From: Candidatus Eiseniibacteriota bacterium
Lineage (GTDB): Bacteria; Eisenbacteria; RBG-16-71-46
Assembly (NCBI GenBank): GCA_038231135.1
Contig: JBBRLX010000040.1
Location: 1 to 29,578 of the forward strand
Length of the DNA stretch: 29,578 nt
Reading direction: 5' to 3'
Of the stretch, positions 8,484 to 16,656 are shown piece by piece (positions within the stretch are counted from its first letter, which is position 1; each line of letters begins with the position of its first letter). Under the pieces are notes generated by a model, which was not told where the DNA came from, made no database searches, and worked only from the letters and a program-made list of their open reading frames with translations. The translations under genes and the position numbers were made by a program.

Positions 8484-9824
8484 CTAGTCCTCGGGATCCA
8501 GCTCCCTCAGCGCGTCCAGCACGCCCTTCCAGCTGTCGTCGAGCGCGATCTGCAGCAGGTCGGGCGCGGACGGGATGTCGTCGAGGAACACCGGATGATC
8601 GGCGTCGAGCCCGACGAACTGGTCGCGGTATTCGCTGCGATAGTGGCGGTGCGAATGGTCGCGTTTCGCGCGTTCCAGGAACTTCGGCACCGTCCAGCCC
8701 TTGAACGTGCTGTGCCAGTCCTGCTCCGCGCGCGCGCAGCGGTCGGGGTCCTTCTCTTTGAGCGACGGCGGGACCAGAACGTACGCGTTCACGTCGCCCT
8801 CGGGCACGAAATCGGAGTACAGCGTGTGCGCGGTCGCGTCGAGATCGCGGCTCTTGTCCACAACCGCCGCCTCGGACGCGACGTCGATCACCTGGAACTG
8901 GATCTGCAGCTCCACCTGACGCCAGCGCTCGATGGCGTCGAACGGAATGTCGGCATAGCGCTCGACGTCGTGCCCCGAGGTGTCGCGATCGGTATGGCGG
9001 CGCCAGATCGTGCCGTGATAGCGGTCATTGTCCGAGCGGGTGCGCAGGTTGTGGAACCGGCCGAACACCACGCGGGACGCGCCCAGCTTGCGGCCCAGTT
9101 CCACCGCCTCGTCCTTCGTCATGTCGCCGAGCTGCGCCACATGCATGGCCTCGTAGACCTGATCCGACGGCACGATCTGCGTGAATTCGAACGCCTTGGA
9201 GCGCGACCGCAGCTCGGCGGTCATGCGGTCGGCGATGACGCGCGACAGGCCCTCGGTGCCGGTCTCGTCGTCGAACGGCAGCACCGCCACGCGCGTGACC
9301 GCGCGCTCCCACACCTTGGGCAGCCGGGTGTCGATATCCCGAAAGCCGGGCTGGAACCGCCGTACGTCGAGCAGCTGGTGGTAGGCCAGCTTGGGCTTGT
9401 CCAGCTTGAGGCTCGCGAGCGCCGCGCGGTAGCGGATGCCTGCGGCGCCGTGCCGGATGCGCGTCTCCTTCGCCACGAACTCCGTCGGGTCGGAGAGAAT
9501 CGCGCCATGGCTCAGCGCATCCGCCCTGAGTTCGTCGAGTTCCAGGCAGGCGTTCGCCGCATCGACGGAATCGGTTGCCGCGAGATTCACGATCCGCTGC
9601 TGCCGCTCGTCGATCAGGTGCGCCGCGGCGGCCGACAGCGCCATGCGACCTCGGCCGTTCGACGGGTCCTTGGCCAGCGAGGCCACGGCCTCTTTGTAGG
9701 CGCGCTCGAAATCGTGCGATCCGAGCGCGCGCTCGCTGCGCCGGGCGAGCTCGCTGGAGCTCGCGCACGACAGCCCGAGCAGCGCGAGCAGCGCGAACGC
9801 GATTCGATGGCGGAATCGATGCAT
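8484..9824 (-). CDS. putative lipoprotein with helical N-terminus and CsgG/TolB-N-like domain
   Basis: Basic N-terminus and hydrophobic stretch ending LGLSC (lipobox-like); AAGGAGG RBS. RVAVLPFDD...GLSRVIAD and AVELGRKLGASRVVFG resemble the CsgG/TolB-N fold. Confidence 0.7.
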   Translation of the reverse strand: MHRFRHRIAFALLALLGLSCASSSELARRSERALGSHDFERAYKEAVASLAKDPSNGRGRMALSAAAAHLIDERQQRIVNLAATDSVDAANACLELDELRADALSHGAILSDPTEFVAKETRIRHGAAGIRYRAALASLKLDKPKLAYHQLLDVRRFQPGFRDIDTRLPKVWERAVTRVAVLPFDDETGTEGLSRVIADRMTAELRSRSKAFEFTQIVPSDQVYEAMHVAQLGDMTKDEAVELGRKLGASRVVFGRFHNLRTRSDNDRYHGTIWRRHTDRDTSGHDVERYADIPFDAIERWRQVELQIQFQVIDVASEAAVVDKSRDLDATAHTLYSDFVPEGDVNAYVLVPPSLKEKDPDRCARAEQDWHSTFKGWTVPKFLERAKRDHSHRHYRSEYRDQFVGLDADHPVFLDDIPSAPDLLQIALDDSWKGVLDALRELDPED

Positions 9825-9949
9825 GGCGGCCTCCTTGCAGCTCCGGGATGGCTCCGGGCGGGAGGGGAGTCGCCCGCACGGGGTGCCCGGAATCCGCCGC
9901 AGTGTATTCCGGTGGCGCGGCCAAAAGCGAGCATCCCGCGATCATTCGG

Positions 9950-10073
9950 CTGAGGCTGCTGAGAACGCCCGAGTGCAAGGCGGCGAGGAGCGACGACCGA
10001 GGCGTATCGCAAGATACGTCGCAGGGAGGAGCGACGAGCCAACGCAGCAATCGGGCGTTCTCAGCAGCCTCAG
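9950..10073. mobile_element. 124-bp MITE-like/REP-like palindromic element
   Basis: Perfect 23-bp terminal inverted repeats CTGAGGCTGCTGAGAACGCCCGA (9950-9972) and TCGGGCGTTCTCAGCAGCCTCAG (10051-10073). Internal 12-bp direct repeat GAGGAGCGACGA (9985-9996, 10026-10037). Central hairpin CGTATC-GCAA-GATACG. Confidence 0.7.
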
Positions 10074-10966
10074 ATCGCCAGATCGAGCTGCTCCGACTCC
10101 TCGGGGGGTACGAGCGGTTGGACCCGGCGGTCGCGGATGCCGTGGCGGCTCCTGAGCCGGCGGATCTCGTCCTGGAGCGGCCCGCTCTCGACCTTGCCCA
10201 GGTAGGCCCGGCGCGCATAGAGCAGATCGTAGCGCCCGCGCTCCTCGGGCCAGTGGCGCTCGAGCGTCTCCAAGAAGTGTTCGCGCGTACCGGGCTGGAG
10301 GTAGAGCAGATTCGCCCACACCCGGGTGGCGCCCGCGTCGCGCGCGGCACGCACCACCGCCTCGAGTTGCTCGGGTCGATCCGAGATGCCGGGCAGGATC
10401 GGCGCCATGCCCACGCCGGCGTCGATCCCCGCGTCGACCAGCAGCTTCAACGCCCGCAGCCGCTGCCGCGGGGGTGCGGTGCCGGGCTCGCTCGCGCTCC
10501 ACACCGCCTCGTCAAGCGTGGGCACCGAAAAGTTGATCGACACCTTCGCGCGACGCGCCGCATGCTGGAGCACGTCGATGTCGCGCACGATCATCGGCCC
10601 GCGCGTGATCACGCCGAGTGGATTCCGCGCGCAGGCCAGCACCTCGATGCAACCGCGCGTGAGGCGATACTTCCCTTCGGCCGGCTGGTAGGGATCGGTC
10701 GCGGCGCCGATCACAACCACGTCGCGCTTCCACGACGGGCGCGCCAGCTCGTCCCGCAGCACGGCAGCGACGTTGGTCTTGATGCGGATCGACCGCCCGT
10801 AGCGGTCGTCCGACGGCCGGTCGGCGCGGCGCTCGAACGCGCGCACGTAGCAGAACGCACAGCGATGGGCGCACCCGGTGTAGGGATTGAGCGACCAGTC
10901 GAACATCATGCCGCGGACGCGATTGAGCGCGGACTTGCAGGGTTCTTCGCGGTATTCGGGTCGCAT
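10070..10966 (-). CDS. radical SAM protein, SPL (SplB)/Rv2578c-like family
   Basis: Motifs SLNPYTGCAHRCAFCY (CxxxCxxC), TDPYQPAE, RDIDVL, EPGTAPP and MAPILPG; ATG at 10966. Confidence 0.9.
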   Translation of the reverse strand: MRPEYREEPCKSALNRVRGMMFDWSLNPYTGCAHRCAFCYVRAFERRADRPSDDRYGRSIRIKTNVAAVLRDELARPSWKRDVVVIGAATDPYQPAEGKYRLTRGCIEVLACARNPLGVITRGPMIVRDIDVLQHAARRAKVSINFSVPTLDEAVWSASEPGTAPPRQRLRALKLLVDAGIDAGVGMAPILPGISDRPEQLEAVVRAARDAGATRVWANLLYLQPGTREHFLETLERHWPEERGRYDLLYARRAYLGKVESGPLQDEIRRLRSRHGIRDRRVQPLVPPEESEQLDLAI

Positions 10967-10972
10967 GGGGGA

Positions 10973-11002
10973 ATTATAGGCAGGCGGGCCACGAGTGCAC
11001 AA
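10973..11002 (-). promoter_or_regulatory. sigma70 promoter, probably giving a leaderless mRNA for the radical SAM gene
   Basis: Perfect TATAAT (10973-10978, - strand) 6 nt before the ATG, no SD; TTGTGC 18 nt further upstream. Confidence 0.55.
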
Positions 11003-11040
11003 ACGTGCAGTGCGGCGATACGCCGGAGGTACGAGCGCGC

Positions 11041-11421
11041 TCAGGCTCCCCGGAACACCAGCGCGCGGCCGGCCCACACGGCGCCGATGCCGAGCACGAG
11101 CTGGAGCGCGCTCGAAATCATGGCGGCGAACCACTGGCCGTCGCGCAGCAGCCGGAACGTCTCGAAGCCGAACGCCGAGAACGTCGTGAAGCCGCCGAGC
11201 AGACCGCTGAACAGCAGCACACGCATCGGGTCCGAAAACGCGCCGCGCGATTCGCTCCAGCCGACGAGCACTCCGAACACGAGACAGCCGGTGACGTTGA
11301 TGACCAGCGTTTCGAGCGGGAACGTCGAGCCGCCCTTCCAGCGGTGGACACCGAGCGCCAGGCCGTAGCGCAGGATCGAGCCGACGAACCCACCGAGCCC
11401 GACCAGCAGTGTCTTGTTCAT
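11041..11421 (-). CDS. crcB: fluoride efflux channel FluC/CrcB
   Basis: Motifs GGFVGSILRY, FPLETLVINVTGC and GLLGGFTTFSAF; GGAGG RBS. Confidence 0.95.
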   Translation of the reverse strand: MNKTLLVGLGGFVGSILRYGLALGVHRWKGGSTFPLETLVINVTGCLVFGVLVGWSESRGAFSDPMRVLLFSGLLGGFTTFSAFGFETFRLLRDGQWFAAMISSALQLVLGIGAVWAGRALVFRGA

Positions 11422-11499
11422 CCGTCCTCCGGCGCATGTGCGGGAGCCACCGCGCCATGCAGGGCGTCGCCGGCGCCGCCGCACGGTACCAGACTGCGC

Positions 11500-12117
11500 T
11501 CAGAAACCCGCCAGCTCCTCGGGCAGCGCGAACAGCGTGGCGCGATGGAACAGGCTGCGCTCGTCGCCGATCACGAACCGCGACCAGCCGTCGCCGGTCA
11601 GCACCGACAGCCGGGGCTCGCGGGCGTCGGCCGGCACGTCGAACCGCAGCGCGATGTCCAGGTGCTCGCCGGGCGCCAGCGTCTCGCGCACCCGCAGCAT
11701 CGGCCCGCCGGCGGGCGCGAACCGGCGGCCGTCGACGTTCACGAGCGCGACTTCCAGCGGATCGATGCGCATGGTGACGCGCCGTGCGTCGCTGCGGGCG
11801 CGCAGCGTGACGGTGAACGCCCGCCATCCCGCTGCGGCGACGTGCGCCGGCATGACCCGCGTCACCGAGAACGCCAGGTCGCAATCGAGGTCGCACGCGA
11901 ACTTCTCGGCGCCGGGGTGCAGGACGCGCTCGCGGCTGGCGAGCGACACGCCGAGCAACAGCCCCATGTAGGCTGCGAGCGTCGCGCCCGCGGTCGCGAC
12001 CCAGCGGCGCGCGCGGGGCATGGCGCCGACGGCGGCCGCGCGCAGCGCGAGCAACAGCATCAGCGCCAGGCTCAGGAATGTGACGGGAAACGCTACGAGA
12101 CCGAGGAGCCGGGTCAT
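11500..12117 (-). CDS. membrane-anchored hypothetical protein (2 TM helices plus an Ig-like/DUF4352-like domain)
   Basis: Starts [11 protein letters not shown] with an ATGA overlap on the uppS stop. Two hydrophobic helices, a CDLDC motif, then a beta-rich domain ([15 protein letters not shown]...LRFDVP). Confidence 0.7.
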   Translation of the reverse strand: MTRLLGLVAFPVTFLSLALMLLLALRAAAVGAMPRARRWVATAGATLAAYMGLLLGVSLASRERVLHPGAEKFACDLDCDLAFSVTRVMPAHVAAAGWRAFTVTLRARSDARRVTMRIDPLEVALVNVDGRRFAPAGGPMLRVRETLAPGEHLDIALRFDVPADAREPRLSVLTGDGWSRFVIGDERSLFHRATLFALPEELAGF

Positions 12118-12869
12118 CCCACCGCGGCGTCGGGCACGCGGCCGAACCGGCGCTCGCGCCGGTGGAAATCGGCGATCGCGGTCTCGAGATCCAGGGCGTC
12201 GAACTCGGGCCACAGCCGGGGCGTGAAATACAGCTCGGCGTAGGCGCATTCCCACAACAGGAAATCGCTCAGCCGCTGCTCGCCGCCGGTGCGGATCAGC
12301 AGGTCGACCTCCGGCGCGGGCACGCCCGAGCCATCGGTGGCGCACAACAGCTCGTGGAACGAGTCGCGATCGTGGCGGCTGTCGGACCGGCTGGCGGCGC
12401 CGGGACTCGCCGCGAGCTGCGCGGCCGCGCGCAGGATCGCGTCGCGCGACGAATAGTCCACCGCGATGCGCAGGTGGAGCGTGGCGCCGTCGCGCGTGGC
12501 GTCCTCCATGCGCTCCATCGCGCGCAGGATCGGAGCGCTCAGCCGGTCGCGGCGGCCGATGAAGCTGACCCGCACGCCGTCCTTGAGGCAGCGCTCGGTC
12601 TCGCGGCGGATGTAGTGGTCGAGCAGTTCGAACAGCGCAACGACTTCGCGCCGCGGCCGCTGCCAGTTGTCGGACGAGAACGCGTACAGCGTCAACGTGC
12701 CGATGCCGAGCGACGGAGCGGTCTCGACGACGGTGCGGACGGTCTCGACGCCGGCGCGATGGCCGGCGAGCCGCGCCTTGCCCTGCTGCGTGGCCCAGCG
12801 GCCGTTGCCATCCATGATGCAGGCGACGTGGAGTCCCTGCGGGCGGTCGTTGCGCGGTTTGGGCGTCAT
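12114..12869 (-). CDS. uppS: cis-prenyltransferase (undecaprenyl/decaprenyl diphosphate synthase)
   Basis: Motifs [24 protein letters not shown] and [27 protein letters not shown]. Confidence 0.93.
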   Translation of the reverse strand: MTPKPRNDRPQGLHVACIMDGNGRWATQQGKARLAGHRAGVETVRTVVETAPSLGIGTLTLYAFSSDNWQRPRREVVALFELLDHYIRRETERCLKDGVRVSFIGRRDRLSAPILRAMERMEDATRDGATLHLRIAVDYSSRDAILRAAAQLAASPGAASRSDSRHDRDSFHELLCATDGSGVPAPEVDLLIRTGGEQRLSDFLLWECAYAELYFTPRLWPEFDALDLETAIADFHRRERRFGRVPDAAVG

Positions 12870-12908
12870 GAGCGGAAGTGACCGGCGGCGGCGGCGAGGC
12901 GAATCGCC

Positions 12909-13310
12909 TCAGCGCGCGCGTGTCGCGCGAATCAGGGCCTCCATGTGATCGAGGTAGCGCTCGAGCGCCCGGCGGCCGGCGGCCGTGAGCCGGTATTCGG
13001 TGCGCGGTACACGGCCCTGGAACGACTTGGTGCACGTCACGTACTCGGCCAGCTCCAGCTTGCGCGCGTGGACGCTGAGGTTTCCATCGGTCGTTCGGAG
13101 CAGTTCCTTGAGCTCGGAGAACGACAGCGACGGATTCACCGCGAGTGCGCTCACGATGCCGAGCCGGGTGCGCTCGTGAACCACGCGGTCCAGCTCGCGC
13201 GTGGCCGGCTCGAGGGCGCCGCGCACCGGCTCCAGCACGCGCGCGGCGCGCCGGCCCGGCTCGGCCGCCGGACCCGGGCGGCGCGTGTGGATGGCGCCCG
13301 ACCTAGCCAC
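12909..13310 (-). CDS. winged-helix transcriptional regulator (HTH_34, ArsR/MarR-like)
   Basis: LDRVVHERTRLGIVSAL...SFSELKELL..TDGNLSVHARKLE...PRTEYRLT..GR; the start overlaps the upstream gene's stop. The exact start is uncertain. Confidence 0.88.
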   Translation of the reverse strand: MARSGAIHTRRPGPAAEPGRRAARVLEPVRGALEPATRELDRVVHERTRLGIVSALAVNPSLSFSELKELLRTTDGNLSVHARKLELAEYVTCTKSFQGRVPRTEYRLTAAGRRALERYLDHMEALIRATRAR

Positions 13311-13926
13311 CGTAGCGCCTCGCGATCAGGAGCCCGAACACGATGTGGAAGCCGCCGAACGACACCGCCATCAGCGCATTCCCCCACCCGGGCGGGGCGA
13401 ACAGCGCGACGACGCCCGCCGCCATGAAACAGAACCCCATCACGCGCACCACCGGAACCGAGAACGCGCCGCCGGATACGAATGCCGTGCCGTAGAGCAA
13501 TAGCCAGATGCCCGGCAGCCAGGTCTCGAGCCCGGCGCGGAACAGCGCGACCGTGAGGATCGCCGCGGCGACGAGCGGCAGCGAGAAGCTGAGCGCGAAG
13601 CGCCGGCCGGTCTGGCTGAACAGCGTCACCTCGGCCATGCGCGACTTGTGCGCCATGGCGGCGAGGCCGATCAGCAGCGCGGCGAACGCCTCGACCGACC
13701 AGCCGAGCAGCCACATCGCGGGCGACGTCTCGCGCGACGCGTAGAACGCCGCCACCAGCGCCGTGGCGCCGACCACCACCTGGCCCCAGCCGGGAACGGC
13801 GGTGAACACGCCGGCGCGCTCCATGGTCTGGCGGATGAAGCGCAGATCGTCGAACGCGTGATCCTGGAGCTGGTGCGCCTGCGCGGCGCGCGGCGGACGG
13901 GGCGGCAACGGCGTGATCTGCGTCAT
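13303..13926 (-). CDS. integral membrane protein (about 6 TM helices)
   Basis: DDLRFIRQTMERA N-terminal motif, multiple TM helices, C-terminal FGGFHIVFG..IARRYGG. Confidence 0.82.
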   Translation of the reverse strand: MTQITPLPPRPPRAAQAHQLQDHAFDDLRFIRQTMERAGVFTAVPGWGQVVVGATALVAAFYASRETSPAMWLLGWSVEAFAALLIGLAAMAHKSRMAEVTLFSQTGRRFALSFSLPLVAAAILTVALFRAGLETWLPGIWLLLYGTAFVSGGAFSVPVVRVMGFCFMAAGVVALFAPPGWGNALMAVSFGGFHIVFGLLIARRYGG

Positions 13927-13933
13927 GCGGCGG

Positions 13934-13983
13934 AGTCTAGAATCGTCGCCCAATACCGGTCAAGTACTTTGTGGTTCAAAGTA
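13934..13983 (-). promoter_or_regulatory. promoter (TTGACC-N18-TAGACT) with an adjacent palindromic operator TACTTTG-N5-CAAAGTA
   Basis: -10 at 13934-13939 lies 7 nt from ATG 13926; -35 at 13958-13963; perfect 7-bp inverted repeat at 13965-13983, AT-rich in a GC-rich context. Confidence 0.7.
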
Positions 13984-14010
13984 GGCGGGCTTGACGACCC
14001 CCAAACAACC

Positions 14011-14036
14011 AGCGCCCGGCCGCGTCGCCGGGCGCT
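14011..14036 (-). terminator. intrinsic terminator of the ECF operon
   Basis: Perfect 10-bp stem AGCGCCCGGC-CGCGTC-GCCGGGCGCT, followed on the - strand by GGTTGTTT. Confidence 0.65.
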
Positions 14037-14082
14037 CGCCGTGAGGGCCGGAACCTTTGCGGCGCCGCATGCGCCGGTCGTG

Positions 14083-15072
14083 CTAACGCTGATCGGGGTC
14101 CTTCGATTTGTCCTTGTCCTTCGCCTTCTGCAGCTCTTTCTCCAGCTCGGCCTTCTCGGTCATCCTGAGCTCCCGCAGCTTGACCCGCTTCCCCTGCATG
14201 AGCTTGAGCATCTCCTGCATGTCGCTCAGCCGGCGCAGCCGGATCGTGCCCTCGAACGACTCGAGGTTCACGAGAGCGCTGCCGGTGCCGAGCGTGAAGT
14301 TGAACCGCTTGCCGCGATGGGTGCGGTCGAGCTGCACCGGGAACGCCGACTCGAAGTCGCCGCTGAACGTCGATACCTGGACCGTCGCGTTCGCCTTCTC
14401 GGGCATCCCGAACGACAGGTCGCCGTCGTGCGTCGACAGGGTGTAGTGGCCGTTCTCGCGCAGCTCGCCCGAGTAGCTCACGTCACCGTTCACGGTCGAC
14501 GCGTCGACGCTCCCCGATTCGATGCCGTCGAGCTGGATGTCGCCGTTGATCGCGTTCACCACGATGTCACCGCGGCTGCCGGTCACGTTCACGCCTTCGT
14601 TCACGGTGTTGAGCTCGAGCCGGCCGCGCGCGCCGTCGACGTACACGCCGCCCTCCACCGAGCTCGCCCGCACCAGGCCCTCGCCGCCTTCGACCCGCAC
14701 CTCGCCCTTCACGGTCTCGGCCGACACCTCGCTCTTCATGTCCTTGACCGAGATGTCGGTGTAGATGCCCTGGAGGATCAGCGGCATCCACACGGGCACG
14801 AGCACGTTGTAGTCCACGCGCACCGGCACACCGTGCCGCGACGCGCCGCGCACCTCGATGTTGGGGCCGGAGCCGGCCACCAGGATGCGGGCGCGATCGG
14901 AGTGGTCGGCGGTGATGCGCACCGAATTCCTCGGCCACGATGCGACGGTGATGTCCCCGGCGAAGTCGCTGATGCTGAGCCGCGCGCCGGAGTGGACGTC
15001 GAACGTGGTGTCGGTGCGCACGCCGTTGGGCAGCGTCGTGAGCAGCGCGATGGCGATGGGCAGCAGCGTCAC
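14083..15072 (-). CDS. DUF4097 family beta-strand repeat (adhesin-like) exported protein
   Basis: N-terminal signal-like stretch; repeated xTVNGDI/xSVEGGV/xTFSGDF units; AGGAG RBS. Confidence 0.85.
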   Translation of the reverse strand: MTLLPIAIALLTTLPNGVRTDTTFDVHSGARLSISDFAGDITVASWPRNSVRITADHSDRARILVAGSGPNIEVRGASRHGVPVRVDYNVLVPVWMPLILQGIYTDISVKDMKSEVSAETVKGEVRVEGGEGLVRASSVEGGVYVDGARGRLELNTVNEGVNVTGSRGDIVVNAINGDIQLDGIESGSVDASTVNGDVSYSGELRENGHYTLSTHDGDLSFGMPEKANATVQVSTFSGDFESAFPVQLDRTHRGKRFNFTLGTGSALVNLESFEGTIRLRRLSDMQEMLKLMQGKRVKLRELRMTEKAELEKELQKAKDKDKSKDPDQR

Positions 15073-15083
15073 GTTGGGATCTC

Positions 15084-15917
15084 CTAGCTCTGATGCACCG
15101 CGACCAGGCCGGTCGCCTGTTGCAGCAGGCGCACCTTGCGCTGCAACTGCTGCGCGAGATGGCCGTTCAGGTACGGATTCGCAGGATCGGCCTCGAGGGC
15201 ACGCCGGGCGTCGCCGATCGCGTGGTCGATGAGCGCCAGGTTCTGCTCGATCACCCGCACCGTCGAAGTGTCCAGCTCGGCGCTGTGGGTGTGGATCACG
15301 TTCTGGAGCTCGGCGATCGTCGCGTCGTAGCGCTTCAGGTCGTAGCTCGCCAGCCGGGCGTCGGGCTCGCCGTCGCCGGCCGCACTCGTCACAGCGGCGT
15401 CATCGTTGCCGCGGTAGGCGTTCGCGCGGCGGTCAAAGGCTCGCGTGGGAGCCGGGGCCGTCGCGAGCGGCGGCGCCGCGGACGGCGTGGTGGTCGTCCC
15501 CCGCCCCGCGACCGCGCCGTTGCCGGGCGCCGCCGGCGGGACTCCGGACTTCATCAGCATCCACACCGCGCCGCCCGACAGCACCACCAGCAACGCGGCC
15601 GCGGCGGCGAGCTGGGGCAGCGAGAACGCAAAGCGCCGGCCGGCCCAGCGCGACGGCAGGCGCGTGGCCCCGGATTGCGATGCGGGGGCCCGGGCGTCGA
15701 GCCGCGCCAGGATTCCCGGCCACAGGTCGTCCACCGGCATGCCCGGCTCGAGCGCCGCCGCCCGGGCCGCCACGGCACGCAGGTCCTCGAGCACGACCCG
15801 GCACGCGGCACACCCCGCCAGATGCCGCTCCAGCTCGGCGCGCCTGCGCCCGGCGAGTTCGCCGTCGAGGTACTCGGACAGCAGTTCGAGTTCGCGATGC
15901 CCGGTTTCGCTGCTCAC
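15084..15917 (-). CDS. zf-HC2 anti-sigma factor (single TM)
   Basis: LLSEYLDGEL...HLAGCAACR (HxxxCxxC), TM helix LAAAAALLVVLSGGAVW, helical C-terminal domain. Confidence 0.88.
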   Translation of the reverse strand: MSSETGHRELELLSEYLDGELAGRRRAELERHLAGCAACRVVLEDLRAVAARAAALEPGMPVDDLWPGILARLDARAPASQSGATRLPSRWAGRRFAFSLPQLAAAAALLVVLSGGAVWMLMKSGVPPAAPGNGAVAGRGTTTTPSAAPPLATAPAPTRAFDRRANAYRGNDDAAVTSAAGDGEPDARLASYDLKRYDATIAELQNVIHTHSAELDTSTVRVIEQNLALIDHAIGDARRALEADPANPYLNGHLAQQLQRKVRLLQQATGLVAVHQS

Positions 15918-15984
15918 GTTCGCTCCGTCACTCCCCTGGCGTCGCCTGCCGCACGGCGTCCGCCGGATTCGATCCAGGTGGCGG

Positions 15985-16560
15985 TCACCGGCTGAGACTT
16001 CGCCTCAGCATCATCCGCGCCCGATGCAACTGGGCCTTGGTGGTTCCCGAGGTCACTCCCAGCATGCGGGCGATCTCCTCGTGTTTGAAACCCTCGACGT
16101 CGTGCAGCACGAAGATCTGCTTCGCCCCTTCGGGCAGCTTCGCGATCGCCGCCTCGAAATCCATTCCCAGGTCCGACTCCACCGGCTTCGCGGACAGCGT
16201 ATCCAGCACCTCGTCCGTGCCACCATGCCGCTCGCGCTGGATCGCGAACTTCGCGCGCCGCGCCAGCATCACGTTCACCGCGAGCCGGTACAGCCAGGTC
16301 CCGAACGCCGCCTCCGCCCGAAACGTCCCGAGTTTCTCCCAGGCACGGACGAAGACGTCCTGTGTCATCTCGTTCGCCTCGTCGTACCCCACCATCCTGC
16401 GCGCGAGCGCATGGATCCGGGCCATATGGACCCGGTACAGCCGCTCGAACGCACGCCGATCCCCCCCGGCCGCGAGGACCACGTCCTCCGCTTCGGCAGC
16501 GGCCTCGTGGAACGGCTTACCTCCGCTCGGCGTGGTCACTCCGGGGCCCGAGTGTTCCAT
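15985..16560 (-). CDS. ECF RNA polymerase sigma factor
   Basis: Region 2: GDRRAFERLY...TQDVFVRAWEKL...FGTWLYRLAVN. Region 4: LPEGAKQIFVLHDVEGFKHEEIA...TTKAQLHRAR. Confidence 0.95.
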   Translation of the reverse strand: MEHSGPGVTTPSGGKPFHEAAAEAEDVVLAAGGDRRAFERLYRVHMARIHALARRMVGYDEANEMTQDVFVRAWEKLGTFRAEAAFGTWLYRLAVNVMLARRAKFAIQRERHGGTDEVLDTLSAKPVESDLGMDFEAAIAKLPEGAKQIFVLHDVEGFKHEEIARMLGVTSGTTKAQLHRARMMLRRSLSR

Positions 16561-16569
16561 TCACCAGCA

Positions 16570-16599
16570 TTCGACACCCCGGCACGGTAAAAGGTTGAA
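16570..16599 (-). promoter_or_regulatory. putative ECF-type autoregulatory promoter
   Basis: On the - strand TTCAAC-N17-TGTCGAA lies just upstream of the sigma ATG, matching the general ECF AAC...GTC pattern. Confidence 0.5.
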
Positions 16600-16656
16600 A
16601 GGTTTGGCGCTGACACACATTCGCGAAGCGAAAAACCCACTGCCGCGGCCGCCGGG

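Noticed and set aside
9950..10073. 6S RNA or CRISPR interpretation of the palindrome
   Set aside because: It is too short for a typical 6S RNA with perfectly complementary ends, has only two 12-bp repeats, and no cas genes are present.
11422..11499. Fluoride riboswitch upstream of crcB
   Set aside because: The GGCGAUGG...AAC...GAUGAC.CCUAC consensus is not present on the - strand.
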